The notes beneath the pieces were generated by a model that did no database searches, was not told where the DNA came from, and saw only the letters and a program-made list of their open reading frames with translations. From Candidatus Acidiferrales bacterium (GTDB taxonomy: Bacteria > Acidobacteriota > Terriglobia > Acidiferrales > UBA7541), in NCBI GenBank assembly GCA_963709705.1, contig CAVPXU010000013.1, positions 97,047 through 161,046 on the forward strand: DNA of 64,000 bases. Reading direction: 5' to 3'. A program made the translations under genes and the position numbers. This document shows positions 54,801 through 63,143 of the stretch, one piece after another. Positions within the stretch are counted from its first letter, which is position 1, and the number at the start of each line of letters is the position of its first letter.

Positions 54801-55692
54801 GGCGCAGACGGAAGGAAACAGCGGCTACAATGGGCTGCAAATGCAGATCGAAAAACGGTTCGGTGGCGGACTGAACCTCCTGGCTAACTACACCTATTCC
54901 AAGACACTTACGGACGCCCACGACCTGCTGAACGACGGGAGCATCGGTAATTCCGGCGCAAACAACGTCAACGGTTATAGGGCCCCCTACGTTCCTGGTA
55001 TGGGAATCCAGGCCGATTATGGTTTGGCTCCCTTTGATATACGAAACGTTTTCCACTTCAGCGGTGGATACGAACTTCCCATTGGCAAGGGCAAGAAATT
55101 TGCATCCGACGCCTCAGGATGGAAAAACCAGGTGGTGGGCGGTTGGGCGATAAACTGGATCATGACATTGCAAGACGGACAACCCATCACACTATCTTGC
55201 CCGTCACCCACCGCTTCCGGAGTGGCTTGCGGCGACTTGCTAGTGCCCGGCCAATCGCTTGCGCTGGGGTTGCATACAGACTCAAATGGCTTGCTGAGCT
55301 GGTTCGGCAATCCGAAAGCGTTCACTCAGCCATGCGTGCTCGGCGCTGGAGGCGTTCCAACTCCCGGGACACCAGTGGGGTGCACGCCTTTGACGGGGAA
55401 TGCCGCTCTTGGAGGGCTGACGCAGCTGCCAGGCCCGGGATACCATCGGCTGGACTTCTCCATCTTTAAGAACTTCCCGATCACGGAAACCAGATATCTG
55501 CAATTCCGCACGGAGTTCTTTAACATTACCAACCATCCGAACTTTAACGCGCCGAATTTTGGCGGCAACGGCGTGGTGGCCATCCCGAATTCGGGCAATT
55601 ACAACAGTTCGACGTTTGGCGAAATCGGCTCGACTCGCGATGCGCCTTACGATCCGAGACAGATTCAATTTGCTTTGAAGTTTTACTGGTAG
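51856..55692 (+). CDS. TonB-dependent transporter with N-terminal carboxypeptidase-regulatory-like domain (Oar/OmpA type)
   Basis: GSIVGTVTDQTGAVISGAKVTL, LPLNGRNF, DAIQEFKVQTS, KSGTNDFHGS, NFAPRLGFAY and C-terminal RQIQFALKFYW. Confidence 0.95.
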   Translation: MNAREISIRALSLSLLFAGALLLLGPRPALAQMDTGSIVGTVTDQTGAVISGAKVTLTNEGTGISLTTTTGSDGVFKFSPVRIGSYKLEVGSQGFQTMTASGVVVDIGASVVQNFTMRPGSVTQSIEVSAAPPLLESQNAAVGQVVDSKSVNDLPLNGRNFTFLAQLAAGVNTPQADTRGNAGSGAFAANGLRPSQNNYLLDGIDNNSDTVDFLNGTNFVVLPPVDAIQEFKVQTSDFSAEFGRSGAAVLNATMKSGTNDFHGSAWEFFRNDKLDAADFFENAGDVPKGELRQNQFGVTAGGPVIIPHIINGRNKLFFFADYEGLRRIQGTILTGSVPTTAERNSGYTDFSDLIAGQNAAGCLSGAPTTTCSSAVTDALGRIFPLGTIFDPATTRAVTAGAVDPVTGLVATSTGYVRNPFGSVGTGSCAANTVNFTGTNIAACQLNQLPAGRLDANAIKLLNLYPSPTNGNLFSNYANSPKLDEHRNGFDTRMDANITEHNQLFFRFDYVDDPQFIPGIFGGIADGGAFQQGNQTALAQNTALGYTHTFSPTLINEARIGFNYLHTTRSGPVASQEGIPAEYGIQDVPQGNLNGGLPAFGINGLATLGSNSFLPSNETSQTLQLTDDVTKIYGKHTFKMGFEWQHVKFTTLQPPWSHGEYDYNGAFTDVPAGTSGNTGRADFLLTPTLSALPGGINYVGGSSNVYVSNIFLTDDGKNYYGGYANDDWKITSKLTINLGLRYDFFGLVKDLHGNQANFVPNGAPLGGPAYLIPKGPNANNLSPSFLSLLTQDGINLAVTNAYGGGLGNSQKANFAPRLGFAYQVTPKLVVRGGWGIFYDGFENRGYSPNLGESYPFQFDFNFVPANTVTPITFPGCSTAGPGNVATFETGFSCTSLNPLTVNASGLQLRGIQFNYQTPYSMGGNLTLQYQLSPTIAVQAAYVSSQARHLEVFPNNNLPSVIAPVNTAESSLVPFPDFGFGGSLAQTEGNSGYNGLQMQIEKRFGGGLNLLANYTYSKTLTDAHDLLNDGSIGNSGANNVNGYRAPYVPGMGIQADYGLAPFDIRNVFHFSGGYELPIGKGKKFASDASGWKNQVVGGWAINWIMTLQDGQPITLSCPSPTASGVACGDLLVPGQSLALGLHTDSNGLLSWFGNPKAFTQPCVLGAGGVPTPGTPVGCTPLTGNAALGGLTQLPGPGYHRLDFSIFKNFPITETRYLQFRTEFFNITNHPNFNAPNFGGNGVVAIPNSGNYNSSTFGEIGSTRDAPYDPRQIQFALKFYW

Positions 55693-55796
55693 CCGACCCT
55701 TACACCCCTCCGGCACGGGCGCTCTCTCCGGGCGCCCTTCGTCGGCCTCTGCGGGCCTGATTGTCTGTGGCGGAGCGGTGATACCATCCAAAGATT

Positions 55797-57212
55797 GTGA
55801 CTCTAAGGCAGTGGTTCATGGCGTGCGTGATGCTGACCCTCGCGACGTTTGTCATCGATGCTTCTCGAGCGGGGGCGCAGAAACCGGACCTGGACCGCGA
55901 ATTCAAGGACGCCGTGGCGAAATACGAGGCGGGAAAATATCCGGAAGCGGCTGCGCAGCTGGAAAAGATTCTGCGCGAGGTGCCAGATAGCTTCGAAGTG
56001 CAGGAGCTGCTGGGATTGGTTTATGCGGCGCAATCGCGAAACGACAAGGCAAACGACCACCTGGAAAAAGCCGTGCGTCTGAAGCCCGATTCCTCCTCCG
56101 CACGGACCAATTATGCGAACAATTTGCTGCGGCTCGGGAAGACGGAGCTGGCGGAACAGCAGTTCAAGAAAGCCGCCTCGCTCAGCCCTGGTGACTACGA
56201 TGCCAATCACAACCTTGGCGAGTTCTACGTGCGCTCTAATAAGGATGCAGAGGCCCTGCCATTTCTTGAACGGGCCCAGCAGATTGATCCCTCGTCTTAT
56301 GACAACGGCTACGACTTGTCTCTGGACTACCTGTTGACCGGGCGGACGACGGACGCGCGAAAGTTGATTCACGATCTGGAGGCTCGGAAGGACACGGCTG
56401 AATTGCACAATCTGCTGGCTGAGGTGGAGGAGAAGGACGGTAACTTCGTGGGCGCCGCCAACGAATTCCAGACTGCCGCGCACATGGAACCCAGCGAGAG
56501 CAATATTTTCGATTGGGGAAGCGAGTTGCTGATCCATCGGACGCTCGAGCCCGCTGTTGAAGTTTTCCGCGAAGGCACGAGCCGCTACCCGAATTCGCCG
56601 CGCTTGGCCATCGGATTGGGCATGGCTTTGTATTCCCTGGGCAAGTACGACGAGGCGGTGAAGTCTTTGGTGCGTGGGGCGGAACTGGACCCGAAGGACC
56701 CGCGTGCTTACGCGTTTCTGTCCCGGGCGTTTGACAGTTCACCAAGCCAGGCCGACGAGGTCATTGAGTGCTTTCGGAGGTTTTCGGAACTTCAGCCGCA
56801 GAGTGGGCAGGCCGTGTATTACTACGCGATGAGCATTTGGAAGGGCAAGAGGTCACAGGACCCGAATCTCGATCTGGGGCAAATCGAATCGCTGCTAAAA
56901 AAGGCGATTGCGCTTGAGCCGGGACTAGCGGAGGCTCATCTTCAATTGGGCAACCTTTATTCGGACCAGCGCAGGTATGCTGAGTCTATTCCGGAATATG
57001 TGCGAGCACGCGAACTCAATCCCGATCTGGCGGACGCGCATTACCGATTGGCACAAGCTTATGTTCACGTGGGGGAAAAGGACCGCGCGCAGGAAGAGCT
57101 CAAGGTTTACCAGCAGCTGAATGAGCAGCACCTGTCGGACCTCGATAAACAGCGGGCAGAAGTCCGGCAATTCGTTTACTCCGAGAAGCAGGACGCGCAA
57201 GCGAAGCCGTGA
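55797..57212 (+). CDS. Tetratricopeptide-repeat protein with signal peptide
   Basis: N-terminal hydrophobic signal and about ten TPR-like repeats. Confidence 0.88.
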   Translation: MTLRQWFMACVMLTLATFVIDASRAGAQKPDLDREFKDAVAKYEAGKYPEAAAQLEKILREVPDSFEVQELLGLVYAAQSRNDKANDHLEKAVRLKPDSSSARTNYANNLLRLGKTELAEQQFKKAASLSPGDYDANHNLGEFYVRSNKDAEALPFLERAQQIDPSSYDNGYDLSLDYLLTGRTTDARKLIHDLEARKDTAELHNLLAEVEEKDGNFVGAANEFQTAAHMEPSESNIFDWGSELLIHRTLEPAVEVFREGTSRYPNSPRLAIGLGMALYSLGKYDEAVKSLVRGAELDPKDPRAYAFLSRAFDSSPSQADEVIECFRRFSELQPQSGQAVYYYAMSIWKGKRSQDPNLDLGQIESLLKKAIALEPGLAEAHLQLGNLYSDQRRYAESIPEYVRARELNPDLADAHYRLAQAYVHVGEKDRAQEELKVYQQLNEQHLSDLDKQRAEVRQFVYSEKQDAQAKP

Positions 57213-57285
57213 ATTTTGTTTCGCTCGCGCTGCTTGACTTTGTTTTTACTGGAGCATAGCTTGGACGGAAATCGATGAGTTTGCC

Positions 57286-58491
57286 ATGAACTCGCGCTCG
57301 CCAGTTACCCATGTGAACGGTCTTGCCAGGCCGTTCCGTGCGACCTCAGCTACTTCTGGAGAGCTTTCCCAGCAACTTGCGTTCAGCCGCCGCGAATTTC
57401 TGCGCGCTTCCGCCGGGTTGGCTCTGGGAAGTACGCTGCTGCATGCCAGTCCGCTAGCCTATGCGGCAACTCCTCTATCGAAAAGGAAAGTTGTGGTGAT
57501 TACGTTTGGCGGCGGCGCGCGCGATCAGGAGACATTCGCTCCGGAAGGCCAGGAGAATATTCCTCACCTGGTGCGGGAGTTGATCCCGCAATCCACATTT
57601 TTTACGCAAATCGTCAATCGCGGAATTTTGGGCCATTATGTGGCGACCGCAAGCCTTGCGACTGGCGTCTACGAAACCATAAATAATTTTGCTTCGCTCC
57701 CTCCGGAATCGCCGACAGTTTTTGAGTATTTCCGTAAAGACTTGAAGAGACCCGCTTCGGATGCCTGGGTGGTCGCTCCAAGCAACGGTTTCAACCGGAT
57801 CGGCGAAAGTGACAATCGGTCGTTTGGGCCGGGATGGGGAGCCAGAGTCATTTTGCCGAAGTATCTTTTGTCGGCAGCTACAAATAGCAGTGCGGACTAC
57901 GGCCACCTGCTGCGCGACAGCTATGAGACTCCACTGTTCGCGCCGGAACTCAGTGGAAACACGTTTGAACTGGCGCAGATGGAAAACCTGCTGAAGATTT
58001 CCGTGGACGATTTCAAATCTCACGCGCGCACGTTGTCGAGCCCGGACGAACTTTCCATTTACCTTGTGCGTCAACTGATGAAGCAACTGGCGCCCAGCCT
58101 GCTGTGGGTGACCATGCACGACATCGATATTGCTCACGCGGGAGCTTATTCGCTGTACATCGAGGGTATACGGCGGACCGATCGCCTGTGCGCAGAACTT
58201 TGGAAGGCCATTGAATCCGACCCGGAATATGCCGGGAAGACCACGCTGTTTATCCTGCCGGACTTTGGCCGGGATGCGGACGAAGACGCGGGTGGCAACG
58301 GGTTTCAGCACCATCGCACCGGGGACGCGTTGTCGCGGACGACGTGGATGATGGCACTTGGTCCCGGTGTTCGCCAAGGCGTGGTGTTCGACCGGCGACT
58401 GGACAGCACCGACCTTGTGCCGACCATCGGCTCGATGATGGGATTTTCGCCCTCGCTTGCACACGGCAAACCAATTCCGGAGCTGCTGTAA
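57286..58491 (+). CDS. Tat-exported alkaline-phosphatase-superfamily/DUF1501-like protein
   Basis: FSRREFLR signal, VVVITFGGGARD, GHYVATASLATG, HDIDIAH and PDFGRD motifs. Confidence 0.65.
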   Translation: MNSRSPVTHVNGLARPFRATSATSGELSQQLAFSRREFLRASAGLALGSTLLHASPLAYAATPLSKRKVVVITFGGGARDQETFAPEGQENIPHLVRELIPQSTFFTQIVNRGILGHYVATASLATGVYETINNFASLPPESPTVFEYFRKDLKRPASDAWVVAPSNGFNRIGESDNRSFGPGWGARVILPKYLLSAATNSSADYGHLLRDSYETPLFAPELSGNTFELAQMENLLKISVDDFKSHARTLSSPDELSIYLVRQLMKQLAPSLLWVTMHDIDIAHAGAYSLYIEGIRRTDRLCAELWKAIESDPEYAGKTTLFILPDFGRDADEDAGGNGFQHHRTGDALSRTTWMMALGPGVRQGVVFDRRLDSTDLVPTIGSMMGFSPSLAHGKPIPELL

Positions 58492-58496
58492 TCGCC

Positions 58497-59702
58497 ATGC
58501 TCCCCGCGGATCTCAAACCCGAACAATTCGAGGCCTATCCTCCGGAGGCCCGGAACCTCGCTGTGGAGTATCTCGGCACTTTTCAGCGACTGCCACTGAG
58601 CTTTTTGCCGAATCTATTGCGGGAAGTGATTGAATACGATTTCAAGTTTCCCGCGGAACGCAAGACACTGGAGAAGGAACTCGCGAGTTTGCATTTCCTT
58701 TCCGCGGAGGAGACCAAGAGTTGGTTCAGCAGTTTCTCCGAAATTCAAGTTTCTTCGAAGCTTGAAGAAATGGATTGGGTGAATTCTCCCGCCCAGTTCG
58801 TGGAGCAACTCTCCGCTCACCTTTGGACCACGCACCAGATGGACGCTTTCCGCAACGCCGCACTCGCGTATGCAGAGCGCTTGCGCGTCGTGGTCCCACC
58901 TGAACCTCCGCCTGTGCCGCGGCTTGGCATCGCGATTATCGGGCAGGGAGTGGGTGTTTCCGAAGAACCGCTCTTTCGAAAACTGCGTCCTCATGGTGTG
59001 TATTTCAGTGAGGTTAATCCTGAAAATGGCGTTTCGGGTTTGCTGGAGGCGATAGCTTCTCGAAATAAAGCAAATCCAATTCCGTACGCACATTGGTACG
59101 TGGATGGGGGCCAAGAGATTCCTCATGATCCGGCGATTACCTGCGTCTCCTACGATGCGCTGGCTCCTGTGCGCGCTGAACTGCTGGCAAAAATGCAAGC
59201 GGAGACACAGAAAACAGGAATGGGGCCGGAGGCGTTGCGTACGGTCATGGCGCGAATGCGTCCCGAAGAACTGGGAATGAGCAAATCCGTTGATCCCGTG
59301 CTTGCGCGCTTTCAGGTGAAGCTGTTGACCGAGGGATCGGGCACTCAGATTTTCAGCACCAGTTTCGTGCAGTGGACTGCTCGTGAAGCGCTGCGCCGCG
59401 CTCAGCCACTTACTTTGTTGGTTCGCTTTGCGCCGCGACAACGCCAGAAGCCGATGAACCAACTTCTGTCGCCGAGCCAGGGACCCGTGGAAGTGGATCC
59501 AATGGGCTCCCTGCTAGATGCGGACATGGGCGCCTATTACAACTGGATCAACCAACAGCGCTTGGCGGGCTCGGAGACGTCTTTATTTTTGGTGTGGTTT
59601 GAAAATCATAAAGAGGCAGTAGCGGTTTCCCCGTCCGCTCCTCGTGGAACGGTGTCCACTTCGAGTGTTACGCTCCCGCAGATTATTTCCTGGATGGTTT
59701 AA
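58497..59702 (+). CDS. Conserved hypothetical protein
   Basis: ATG 58497 lies 5 nt after the upstream stop. 401-aa ORF with normal codon usage. No family recognised. Confidence 0.7.
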   Translation: MLPADLKPEQFEAYPPEARNLAVEYLGTFQRLPLSFLPNLLREVIEYDFKFPAERKTLEKELASLHFLSAEETKSWFSSFSEIQVSSKLEEMDWVNSPAQFVEQLSAHLWTTHQMDAFRNAALAYAERLRVVVPPEPPPVPRLGIAIIGQGVGVSEEPLFRKLRPHGVYFSEVNPENGVSGLLEAIASRNKANPIPYAHWYVDGGQEIPHDPAITCVSYDALAPVRAELLAKMQAETQKTGMGPEALRTVMARMRPEELGMSKSVDPVLARFQVKLLTEGSGTQIFSTSFVQWTAREALRRAQPLTLLVRFAPRQRQKPMNQLLSPSQGPVEVDPMGSLLDADMGAYYNWINQQRLAGSETSLFLVWFENHKEAVAVSPSAPRGTVSTSSVTLPQIISWMV

Positions 59703-59732
59703 GGCAACAGCACTGCCACGTTCCATTTCTGT

Positions 59733-60602
59733 TTAGACATCGCACAGATCTACCGCTTCGCGTAAGGAAGTAAGCGGATCGCGCGTTGGGATGAACTCGT
59801 GGGCCACGTATCCGGCAAAGTTCGTTGCGGCGATAGCTCGCATCACGCCATCCCACTGCACTTCCTGGGTATCGTCGAGTTCATGGCGTCCGGGCACTCC
59901 GCCGGTATGGAAATGGCCGATCCAGTTGATGTTCTGAGTGATGGTGCGAATCAGGTCGCCTTCCATAATCTGCATGTGATACACGTCATACAAAAGCTTT
60001 ACATGGGGTGAATTCACTTCTTGCATTACGCGCACACCCCACGCGGTGTGATCGCACATGTAATCCTTGTGATCTACTTTGCTGTTCAAAAGTTCCATGC
60101 AAATAGTGACACCATGATCTTCGGCGATTTTTTTGACGCGGTTCAGGCCCGTGATTGAGTTTTTGGCGCCTTCGTCGTTCGTCATGTCTGCCCGGTTTCC
60201 GGAGAAGGTAATGATGTTGGGCACACCAAGTTTCGCAGCCAGTGGAATGGATTTGCGGAAGGCTTCTTCGATTTTCGCGTGATTTTCGAGACGGTTCATG
60301 GCGCTGGGAATTTCTCCGCCGCCGCCGTAGCCCATGCTGCAAATCAATCCATAGCGGCGCGGTACTTCCCACTCGTCTTCATTGAGCAGATCGATGGCTT
60401 TCAGGCCCATCTGCGCGCCTTTTACGCACAATTCATCCAGGGGAATCTGCTGGTAGCACCAGCGGGAGGCGGACTGCCGGATGTGTCCTTTGCGTGGCAT
60501 AGGATGGTCTTCCTTTGCCGATGAAAGAGAGGAGGCTAAAGAAACCGCGGCCATTTCCGATGCGACCGCCTTGAGCATTACACGCCTGGAAATACCGCTC
60601 AT
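59733..60602 (-). CDS. Hydroxypyruvate-isomerase-like TIM-barrel protein with Tat signal
   Basis: ISRRVMLK signal, ICMELLNSKVDHKDY, LLYDVYHMQIMEGD, HFHTGGVPGRHE and VAHEF motifs. Confidence 0.88.
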   Translation of the reverse strand: MSGISRRVMLKAVASEMAAVSLASSLSSAKEDHPMPRKGHIRQSASRWCYQQIPLDELCVKGAQMGLKAIDLLNEDEWEVPRRYGLICSMGYGGGGEIPSAMNRLENHAKIEEAFRKSIPLAAKLGVPNIITFSGNRADMTNDEGAKNSITGLNRVKKIAEDHGVTICMELLNSKVDHKDYMCDHTAWGVRVMQEVNSPHVKLLYDVYHMQIMEGDLIRTITQNINWIGHFHTGGVPGRHELDDTQEVQWDGVMRAIAATNFAGYVAHEFIPTRDPLTSLREAVDLCDV

Positions 60603-60905
60603 GCTGAGAGCAAGTTTAGCCAAAAAGCGGGATTCCGGCGAGCAAAAGTGACCCAGCGCTTCTTGACCACGGAGTCCGGTGCGTTTTTTGTTGCGATTTA
60701 ATCTGGCGACTTGGGGCGCGTCGAGGGGGACATGGTCAGCGGTACATTCCACGATCGTCGGGAAACCGGAGAATGGCAGGCCATACGCGAGAGCGCAGCA
60801 GCGGGCACCCTGTGCAATGAAGGCCGGCAGAAGTGCTTGTCTACTCCGTGAAGAAAACGGAGACAGAGGGAATGCTGACGAGAATTTGGGACAACCGAAA
60901 TGTGC

Positions 60906-61529
60906 TCAGGTCTGGCCCCGTTTCTGAGCGCAGTAAACGAGCATTTCAGCAACATAAGAATCACCGATCTCTGTGTTAAACATTGCGTTGTAGAGGTGGC
61001 GCTCGGGCCACTCCAGCTTAAGGTATCTCTTCACAAACGCGGCGCGATCGCTGTCAATCGTGTCGACTTCCGTTATTGCCTTTTCTTGAGGCGTTCCCGC
61101 TGTGATCAGTCTGTGAATCTTAAACGTGCGGGAAGCATAGAGGAACGTTCGAAAGACATCCTTGCGATTGCGAAGAAAATATTGCGAACCCCGGCCAACG
61201 ATTACGCATGGGGCGCCAGAAAGCGCGTGATTGACCGCATGCTCGGAAACAGTGGCGATTCGGCGCGCATCCAGCAGTTCCAGCCGGTCGGTTGGCGGCA
61301 GGGCCCCCTCGAATGCTCCCCTGAGGAAAGATTTAAACACGCGATAAACCGCGGGATCATTCTTCCATTCTCGCTTCTCGACGGCTTGCGGTGTACTGCT
61401 GGTTAGCCGCGCGATTTCTTGAGTTAGTTCGTGGTCCCACAGCTTCCAACCCAGAAGTTCGGCCAGCTTTGCGGCAATCTCCGAACCGCCACAGCCGAAC
61501 TCACGTTCAATTGTAATCGCTTGGATCAT
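60906..61529 (-). CDS. Cytidylate-kinase-like family protein
   Basis: ITIEREFGCGGSEIA, CVIVGRGS, DSDRAAF and YNAMFNT motifs. Confidence 0.85.
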   Translation of the reverse strand: MIQAITIEREFGCGGSEIAAKLAELLGWKLWDHELTQEIARLTSSTPQAVEKREWKNDPAVYRVFKSFLRGAFEGALPPTDRLELLDARRIATVSEHAVNHALSGAPCVIVGRGSQYFLRNRKDVFRTFLYASRTFKIHRLITAGTPQEKAITEVDTIDSDRAAFVKRYLKLEWPERHLYNAMFNTEIGDSYVAEMLVYCAQKRGQT

Positions 61530-61541
61530 TGCCCGTATCCC

Positions 61542-63143
61542 TTACCCAGCCGCCACGGCTCCGCCGGCTCCTGGGTCATTCTTCTTCAAGAAAAATGCGA
61601 GAAAGAACATGATCGAGCAGAAGGCGCCCAGGATCCAAAAGGTGTCCATGTAAGACAGCACGTGAGCTTGTTGGTTCACTAATTCGTAGAACCTCGCAAT
61701 GGCCTGGTTATGGGCGTCTTTGGCCCGAAGCCCAGAATGTGCGATTTGTGAGCTCAGGGCATGCAACGAGGAACGAAACGCAGGAGTATCTGTAGTGACA
61801 TGGCCGACGAGAATTTGCTGGTGATACTGAGATCGCCGAACAATCAGAGTGGTCGCCAGTGAAGTTCCGATACTGCCGCCGATGTTGCGCATGAAGTTGA
61901 TCATTCCTGAGACGCTGTTGCCTTTCTCTGGAGGAACTCCAATGTAACCTGCGGCCGTAATTGGGACGAAAAGAAATCCGATTCCCACTACTTGCGTGAT
62001 GCGCAGCCACATTGCAAAACGGAAGCTAATAAATAAATCGAGCTGGTGAGCCGAGTAAAATAGTCCGACGGCGAGACACAGCCATCCTGCCGCAATCAAG
62101 TATCTGGCCTGAATCTTCGAAGTTAGGCGGCCAGTGACGGGCATCATTATTAACAAGACAAGTCCGCCTCCGGACAGAACAAGACCTGCGAGTCCGGCCG
62201 TGTAGCCGGTTAGCGTCTGCAGAAATTCGGGAATCAGAACCAAGGTGCTGAAAAGCAGGAAGCCCATCATGAACATCATCAGGTTGGCCGCGGCGAAGTT
62301 AAAGCTCTTGAACATACGGACGTCGATGATCGGATCCTTTCGGAACCATTCCCAGATAACCAGTGTGATTAGGCAAACCGCTGCGATTATCGCCAGGGTG
62401 GTTATGAAATGAGAGCCCAACCAATCCTCTTCCTGCCCCTTATCTAGAAGCACCTGCAGCGAACCAACTCCGAGCGCCAGCATGGATATTCCGATATAGT
62501 CCACCCGGATCCCTCCCCTTTTCAGCCGGAGGAGGAAGGGTGGATCTTCGACCAGTCTATAGGTCAAATAGAGAGCAAAAGAAACTACGGGCAAGGTCAT
62601 GAAAAAGATCCAGCGCCAGGAATAGCTGTCGATGATCCATCCTCCGAGCATCGGGCCCACCGTCGGGGCAAGAACCGCAGAAATGCCGTAGAGGGCAAAT
62701 GCGATGGCGCGCTTCTCGGGAGGAAAGGCATCGTTGAGAATCGCTTGCGCCATCGGTTGCAATCCACCTCCAGCGATGCCTTGCACACCTCGAAAGAAGA
62801 GCAATATAGGCAGACTCGGCGAAAGTCCACAAAGCAAAGAACTCAGCGTGAAAACAAAGAGAGAGAGCATGAAATACCGTTTGCGGCCGATTATTTCGGC
62901 AAGCCATCCGCTCATGGGCAGGATGATAGCGTTTGCTGCAAGATAGGATGTGAGTACCCATGTGCTGTCGTCGTAACTGGCTCCTAAACCTCCTGCGATG
63001 TATGGCAAGGCAACGTTGGCAACGGTGGTATCCAAAATTTCGATAAATGCCGCCATCGAAACAGTGGCGGCAATCGCCCAAGGACTTACCTTTGGACGCC
63101 AGACGACCTGCTCTAACGGTAAGGCCAGCGCGTCGGAACTCAT
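61542..63143 (-). CDS. DHA2/EmrB-family efflux MFS transporter
   Basis: FIEILDTTVANVALP, WVLTSYL, RGVQGIAGGGLQP, APTVGPMLGGWI, LDKGQEEDW and MRNIGGSIG motifs. Confidence 0.95.
   Translation of the reverse strand: MSSDALALPLEQVVWRPKVSPWAIAATVSMAAFIEILDTTVANVALPYIAGGLGASYDDSTWVLTSYLAANAIILPMSGWLAEIIGRKRYFMLSLFVFTLSSLLCGLSPSLPILLFFRGVQGIAGGGLQPMAQAILNDAFPPEKRAIAFALYGISAVLAPTVGPMLGGWIIDSYSWRWIFFMTLPVVSFALYLTYRLVEDPPFLLRLKRGGIRVDYIGISMLALGVGSLQVLLDKGQEEDWLGSHFITTLAIIAAVCLITLVIWEWFRKDPIIDVRMFKSFNFAAANLMMFMMGFLLFSTLVLIPEFLQTLTGYTAGLAGLVLSGGGLVLLIMMPVTGRLTSKIQARYLIAAGWLCLAVGLFYSAHQLDLFISFRFAMWLRITQVVGIGFLFVPITAAGYIGVPPEKGNSVSGMINFMRNIGGSIGTSLATTLIVRRSQYHQQILVGHVTTDTPAFRSSLHALSSQIAHSGLRAKDAHNQAIARFYELVNQQAHVLSYMDTFWILGAFCSIMFFLAFFLKKNDPGAGGAVAAG

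Noticed and set aside
55717-55740. GGGCGC/GCGCCC hairpin after the TonB transporter as a terminator
   Set aside because: The 6-bp stem has a 9-nt loop and only TTC follows. It is too weak to call and may only be an mRNA-stabilising stem.
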